Assembly: GCA_048270185.1 (NCBI GenBank)
Contig: JBLWTJ010000001.1
Coordinates: 1,120,001 to 1,184,000 of the forward strand
DNA length: 64,000 nt
Direction of reading: 5' to 3'
DNA from: Bacteriovoracaceae bacterium
GTDB lineage: Bacteria > Bdellovibrionota > Bacteriovoracia > Bacteriovoracales > Bacteriovoracaceae
A program made the translations under genes and the position numbers. Of this stretch, positions 59,424 through 64,000 are shown one piece after another. The notes beneath the pieces were generated by a model, which worked only from the letters and a program-made list of their open reading frames with translations, did not search any database and was not told where the DNA came from. The stretch's first letter is position 1. Each line of letters starts with the position of its first letter.

Positions 59424-59587
59424 GATACTCGCTCGGATCACTTGTAAGCGTCTTATCCCTAAGAGGCGCTTACTTTACCGATATAACAATGGCCAAGGAT
59501 TCCCTACCTTGGCCTTTGTAATTTTTACTACTTACATGAATTAACCCCTTAAAAATGATAATATTGGCCAAATTGAGATGAGGCATA

Positions 59588-60385
59588 ATGAGAGAAGAGA
59601 TTTCTAATACAATCAGTGACTTAGATACTGCCAGGCCAGTTGGTCTTAAGGCACAGGTTGCTAATGATATTAGAGAGCATCTGGCTCAATTTCGAAATGA
59701 ATCAATTGGATTAAGAAAGCTCGCTGAAAAATCAGGAATCCATCAAAGAACTCTTAAGCGTCTAATCGCTCAAGAAAACCGTCCTGGTTATCAAACGTTA
59801 GTTCGTCTCTATACCTGCCTAGTCGAATCATCAAATGGTGGTTTACTTCTAAAGAATCTTCCTGAAAAAGTCGCAAACGAAATACAAAAGAAATCTCCAA
59901 TATCAACTGAAGGTAGTCTTAAGTATAGTGAAGAGGCCAATTCAGAAATGTTCTACGACAAGGTCTTTTCAGAAATCTATTGCCTAGCTTCAATGTCTCC
60001 TATTACAAGTGAATATATTCAATACCGTTATGGGATGAGTGGAGTTGAAACAGCAGATAAGATGCATGATCTTGGAGTCTTAAAACTTACAAAGAATAAA
60101 TCATATACGACGGGTGATATTCAAATTGAATTCTCTCCAAAGCTTGTCAAAAGACTAGGACTTAACCTCGTGGAGAAATATTCAAAAACTGAAGATGTCG
60201 ATTTAGCAGAAAAGAACTTAATTGCTTTCTATGCTGAAGGACTAAGCCCAGAAGGTTACAGAGAATGGCTTAAGATTGACCAACAGGCATTCTACAAAAA
60301 GATCGAAGTAACAAAAAAAGAAGGCATGTTAGGAAATATTAAAACATTTACTTTCATGGCCACAGACACAATGAAAAAAGACTAA
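59588..60385 (+). CDS. XRE-HTH transcriptional regulator R2
   Basis: LAEKSGIHQRTLKRLI..ENRPGYQTL; shares IQYRYGMSG, KRLGL.L.EKY and EGLS.E.Y..WL.ID with R1. Confidence 0.75.
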   Translation: MREEISNTISDLDTARPVGLKAQVANDIREHLAQFRNESIGLRKLAEKSGIHQRTLKRLIAQENRPGYQTLVRLYTCLVESSNGGLLLKNLPEKVANEIQKKSPISTEGSLKYSEEANSEMFYDKVFSEIYCLASMSPITSEYIQYRYGMSGVETADKMHDLGVLKLTKNKSYTTGDIQIEFSPKLVKRLGLNLVEKYSKTEDVDLAEKNLIAFYAEGLSPEGYREWLKIDQQAFYKKIEVTKKEGMLGNIKTFTFMATDTMKKD

Positions 60386-60402
60386 GAGAAAAAGGATATA
60401 AA

Positions 60403-61002
60403 ATGAAATTATTAATTAAAATTCTTATTCTTTCTCTTTCATTAAATGTCTTTGCAGGAACAGGTGGGATTAGCTCGCTATTTGGTTTCGGAGATAAAGA
60501 TGGAAAAGGAAAGAATGGAAGAGTAGATGCTGGTACAGGCGGTATCGTTGGCGGTGTCGATGAGCTAAAAGATCTTCAGCATAAAGACTGGAGTACAATT
60601 AGAGAAGCCGTTAAACAAGACTACAAGCTTGACCTTCAGGGGGATATTGCTTTTGTTGGGAAAATTGTCTCAGTTTTTGATGTTTGTATCAATAATGATA
60701 AAGTTCAAACAATCTCAAAACATCCAGTATATAAGCGAGTACGCTTAGCTGGAAACAGAGATAATGATCGTTATAAAGATGTTGTGATCGGACATAAGAG
60801 ATTGTCTTTCCCACTAACGAGAGAAGTAAAAAAACAAATTTGTTTTGGAAAGAGAGATAATAATTGTCGCGAGTACACTGAAGTTGAAAACTTTTCGCAG
60901 ACAAAGAAAATCACTCTACGTGTCGAGAAAAAGCATAGTAGAGAAAATATCGAATATAAGGATGTTTTCACAAAGCCTTATGACGTACCTTACTGCCAAT
61001 AA
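60403..61002 (+). CDS. Secreted 4-Cys protein B2
   Basis: AAGGA RBS; signal peptide; AGTGG repeats; FDVC, LSFP, VPYCQ. Confidence 0.85.
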   Translation: MKLLIKILILSLSLNVFAGTGGISSLFGFGDKDGKGKNGRVDAGTGGIVGGVDELKDLQHKDWSTIREAVKQDYKLDLQGDIAFVGKIVSVFDVCINNDKVQTISKHPVYKRVRLAGNRDNDRYKDVVIGHKRLSFPLTREVKKQICFGKRDNNCREYTEVENFSQTKKITLRVEKKHSRENIEYKDVFTKPYDVPYCQ

Positions 61003-61021
61003 TCAAAAATAAGTGAAAGAC

Positions 61022-64000
61022 CTAGGCTTCTACGCCTAGGTCTCTTTCATTACTCTTTATTTCTAATTTAATTGAATTACTTGAAATTTTGAAACGAACA
61101 CCATGTTCGAAGCGCCCCTTAACATTATCTCTTAAAAGATCCTTTGTTAGCTCTTCTTCACATCTTAGAGTTCCACTTGCAGTGATACCTATTGAACGAT
61201 TTGGATTTGTATAGATTTTAACAAAATCAATTTTAGAAAGGACAAACGGCAATGATTCGATATAAGACTTGATTCCATCAAAATGGCGGCCTTTAACAAT
61301 CGTCTCTATTGTTGAGTCATCAAGGAATAAACTGGCATCAAATTCAATTTTCGAAAGAGCTACCTCGAGAGTATCTTTCATACTTCTTAAACTTTGTTTC
61401 GCTTCGCGATTTAGTTGTAGTTCCTTTTCCTTTTTCTTTCCTTTAAGGCTTCTTGACTGCTCTCTTAATAGCTCTAGAGATTCAATAATAGTCTTTGACT
61501 TCACTGTCTCTTGGTGAATATTAAGATTTAAACTTTCACACTCTGAGCGCAAGTCACGAATTTCTAAAGAAATTCCTTCTAATAGCTTACGACTATTACG
61601 ATTGGTATCATGGGCATCCTCAAGACTAGCAATAAGCTCATCTTTCTTCAGAAGAAGCTCTCCCTTTACTTTCACCGCTTCATCAATACTTTCTTTTAAA
61701 GTTATTCTCTCTTGAGTTGATTTATCTAATTTTTCTTCGAGATCATCAACTAGAGCTGATGCCTTATTTACTTCATTACGACGGGCCTTATATTCTTTTT
61801 CAACAATGGCCTTTTCATCAAGTTCAATCTTTAAAAGTTCTAGTTTCTCACTATGTAGTTGGTTTACTTGTGCCAGCTCAGAGTTACTTCTTTCAATTTC
61901 TTTACCTAGATGAATAATTTCACCTTTAGCATTTCTCGTATCTTGTTCAAGCTTTTTAATTTCTTCACTCAATTGAACTTTTCTAACGAGATTGGACTCG
62001 AGATTATCTTCTATTTCATTAATCTCAGCCTCAAGATTCGCCATTGAAGATCTAAGTTTATAACAGCTATTTTCTATTTTTGTTAACTCTTCATTACTAA
62101 CAATATTCTTATTCTGAAGCTCCTTACTCTTAATTAGTAACTCGGCTTTCTTATTTGTAAGCTCTGTATGCTTTTGATTCTGAGTTTCGATTGTAAAGAC
62201 GATATTTTCAATACTCTTTTCTGAATCGTTTATAAGACTATTAAGTACTTCTAATTCTGTTTGTATAAGTTTGTGTTGATCTTCATTTTCAGAAACTTTT
62301 AAATTCAGGGCTACAATACGATCATCAAGATTCTTCTTAGATAGAAGTCTAGCATCATATTTCTTATTCTTATTTGATACTTCTGAACGAATCCCCTCTA
62401 ATTGGTCTTCAAGGTTTGAAGCAATTTTAGCTTTCTTAGAAATAAGCTTATCAAGTCTCTTATTATTATTTTCAAGAGATGCCAGTTCAACTTCTTTCTT
62501 TGTAATACCATCTTTTAAAGTTACGATAATATTTTCAGATTCTTCAATTACTTCTAAGTTCTTAGCATGAAGTTGTGTATTTTTATTGATCTCATTATTT
62601 AACTGATCAATTTTACTCTCATACATTGAAATCTTATCTTCAATCGTTTCTAGCTTTGCGATAGTCGAATTAAGCTTGTCGCATAATTTATCGGCAATTG
62701 AAGAAAGACGATTATTTTCAGTCGCCAACTCCTCAACGGCAATTGCTTTTGCTTCAATTCGATTATTACCTATCTCAATTCGCCCCTTCAGGCTTCCAAG
62801 AGTTAAAAGTAATTCATTATTTGTATTATTTAATTTTTGTTCATCTTCTGATAATAGGCCTTGAAGAACATCTTGAGCTTCAACCTCTTCCAGTAATGCT
62901 TCTTTTGCTCTTGTCGATTTCTCCACCTTTAAGTTTAATAGATCGATACTCTTTCTAAGTCCTGAAATCGTAGTTTCAAGAGATAGCTTTTGAGTAGTAA
63001 GACGATTCTTTTCAAGCTCTAGGTTAATGATAGACTCACGAGCTTCAACCTCACTACCCTTTAACTCATTTAAAAGATGACGATGGTCGATCATTTCATT
63101 TGTAGCATTCTTAATCTGTTCTTCAAGACTTAGAATTTTCTTTTTGCGATTTGCATTATTAAATAGAGCTTTTGATTCTTTTGCCTTCAGCTCTTTAAGA
63201 CTCAAGTTAACTCTTTCAAATTCTTTATTTAACTCAGCAACACGATTATCTAATCTTATGCTTTCCGAAAGAACAGCTTCATATTCTTTCTTTGACTTCT
63301 TATAGTCACGATCAACTTGATCAATCTCGATAAGAGAAGATCCTTCTCTCGTTCTTAGTTCATCAAGCTTCTGCTTAGTTTCAACAATTGCCTTCTGAGT
63401 TTCAACAATCTTATCTTGGTATTTTTTGGTTTCATTAGCTAGAATCTTTAGATCTTCTACTAACTCTACTCTTTTCTTCTCTTTCTTCGTTAAATCTCTT
63501 TCTAAATCTTTTAAAGTTTCAAGTTCAACCTTCTCTGTTGTTTTAGTTGAACTCATCTCTGTCTCTATTGATTTAATTTCCGAATTTAGACGAGTAATTG
63601 ATTGTTGAATCTTTTCTTGGTTCGAATTGATCTCTCTAATATTTTCAATTCTAATAACGATTTCTTTTTCAGCTTCAAGCTTTTGCTCCATCAGGTTTGC
63701 TTGCTCAAGCCTTCCCTCTTCAAGCTTTGTTAATGCCTGCTCTCTATTGACCTTGAGTTTTTCACTCTTATCAAGTAAGTGTGAAACTTCCTTATTTAGC
63801 TTGATTCTTTCACCATCGAGAATTTCAATCGATTTATCACACTTGAGAATTTCTTCATTATCAAGTTTAATTTGTGCTTCAAATTTCTTAATTCTCTTCT
63901 TCGTTTCTTCTATTTGAGATTTAAGTCCACTATGAACATCTGTATTGCTAACACGATTACCACTTAGAACGTCAGTTTTACTCTTAAGAGTACTCTCTTG
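61022..64000 (-). CDS. Very long coiled-coil protein (partial; start beyond right edge, >=992 aa)
   Basis: Frame stays open from 63691 to 64000; continuous heptad E/K/L/I pattern with a small globular C-terminus. Confidence 0.8.
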   Translation of the reverse strand, partial: QESTLKSKTDVLSGNRVSNTDVHSGLKSQIEETKKRIKKFEAQIKLDNEEILKCDKSIEILDGERIKLNKEVSHLLDKSEKLKVNREQALTKLEEGRLEQANLMEQKLEAEKEIVIRIENIREINSNQEKIQQSITRLNSEIKSIETEMSSTKTTEKVELETLKDLERDLTKKEKKRVELVEDLKILANETKKYQDKIVETQKAIVETKQKLDELRTREGSSLIEIDQVDRDYKKSKKEYEAVLSESIRLDNRVAELNKEFERVNLSLKELKAKESKALFNNANRKKKILSLEEQIKNATNEMIDHRHLLNELKGSEVEARESIINLELEKNRLTTQKLSLETTISGLRKSIDLLNLKVEKSTRAKEALLEEVEAQDVLQGLLSEDEQKLNNTNNELLLTLGSLKGRIEIGNNRIEAKAIAVEELATENNRLSSIADKLCDKLNSTIAKLETIEDKISMYESKIDQLNNEINKNTQLHAKNLEVIEESENIIVTLKDGITKKEVELASLENNNKRLDKLISKKAKIASNLEDQLEGIRSEVSNKNKKYDARLLSKKNLDDRIVALNLKVSENEDQHKLIQTELEVLNSLINDSEKSIENIVFTIETQNQKHTELTNKKAELLIKSKELQNKNIVSNEELTKIENSCYKLRSSMANLEAEINEIEDNLESNLVRKVQLSEEIKKLEQDTRNAKGEIIHLGKEIERSNSELAQVNQLHSEKLELLKIELDEKAIVEKEYKARRNEVNKASALVDDLEEKLDKSTQERITLKESIDEAVKVKGELLLKKDELIASLEDAHDTNRNSRKLLEGISLEIRDLRSECESLNLNIHQETVKSKTIIESLELLREQSRSLKGKKKEKELQLNREAKQSLRSMKDTLEVALSKIEFDASLFLDDSTIETIVKGRHFDGIKSYIESLPFVLSKIDFVKIYTNPNRSIGITASGTLRCEEELTKDLLRDNVKGRFEHGVRFKISSNSIKLEIKSNERDLGVEA

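Overview
AT-rich, gene-dense bacterial chromosome segment. The gene repertoire (phage-tail-fibre-like repeat adhesin, XRE-HTH regulators next to secreted proteins, many secreted hydrolases) suggests a predatory Bdellovibrionota, probably Halobacteriovorax/Bacteriovorax-like; this is inference. Housekeeping genes: lysA, gshA, topA, bcp, gloB, nth, yidD, dacB, priA, lgt, cysS, pyrC-like, folE2 and tRNA-Val(TAC). Metal/arsenic resistance: RcnR-family repressor + DmeF-like CDF with a recognisable operator, and arsC-acr3. Two large ORFs run off the window edges: a >=1309 aa fibre lipoprotein (1-3929, absent from the ORF track) and a >=992 aa coiled-coil protein (61022-64000). The most novel-looking element is at 56.5-61.0 kb: a tandemly duplicated three-gene module (secreted 4-Cys protein A, XRE-HTH regulator, secreted paralogue B). 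A and B of each module share module-specific loops, and conserved TCCCTA-loop hairpins follow each A gene. Other highlights: a porin/FMN-binding/membrane-protein operon with a palindromic operator, a probable ATT start on an LpxO-like gene, an unannotated 47-aa secreted peptide and a histone-H1-like N-terminal tail on TopA. No CRISPR array, integrase, transposase or reverse transcriptase was seen.
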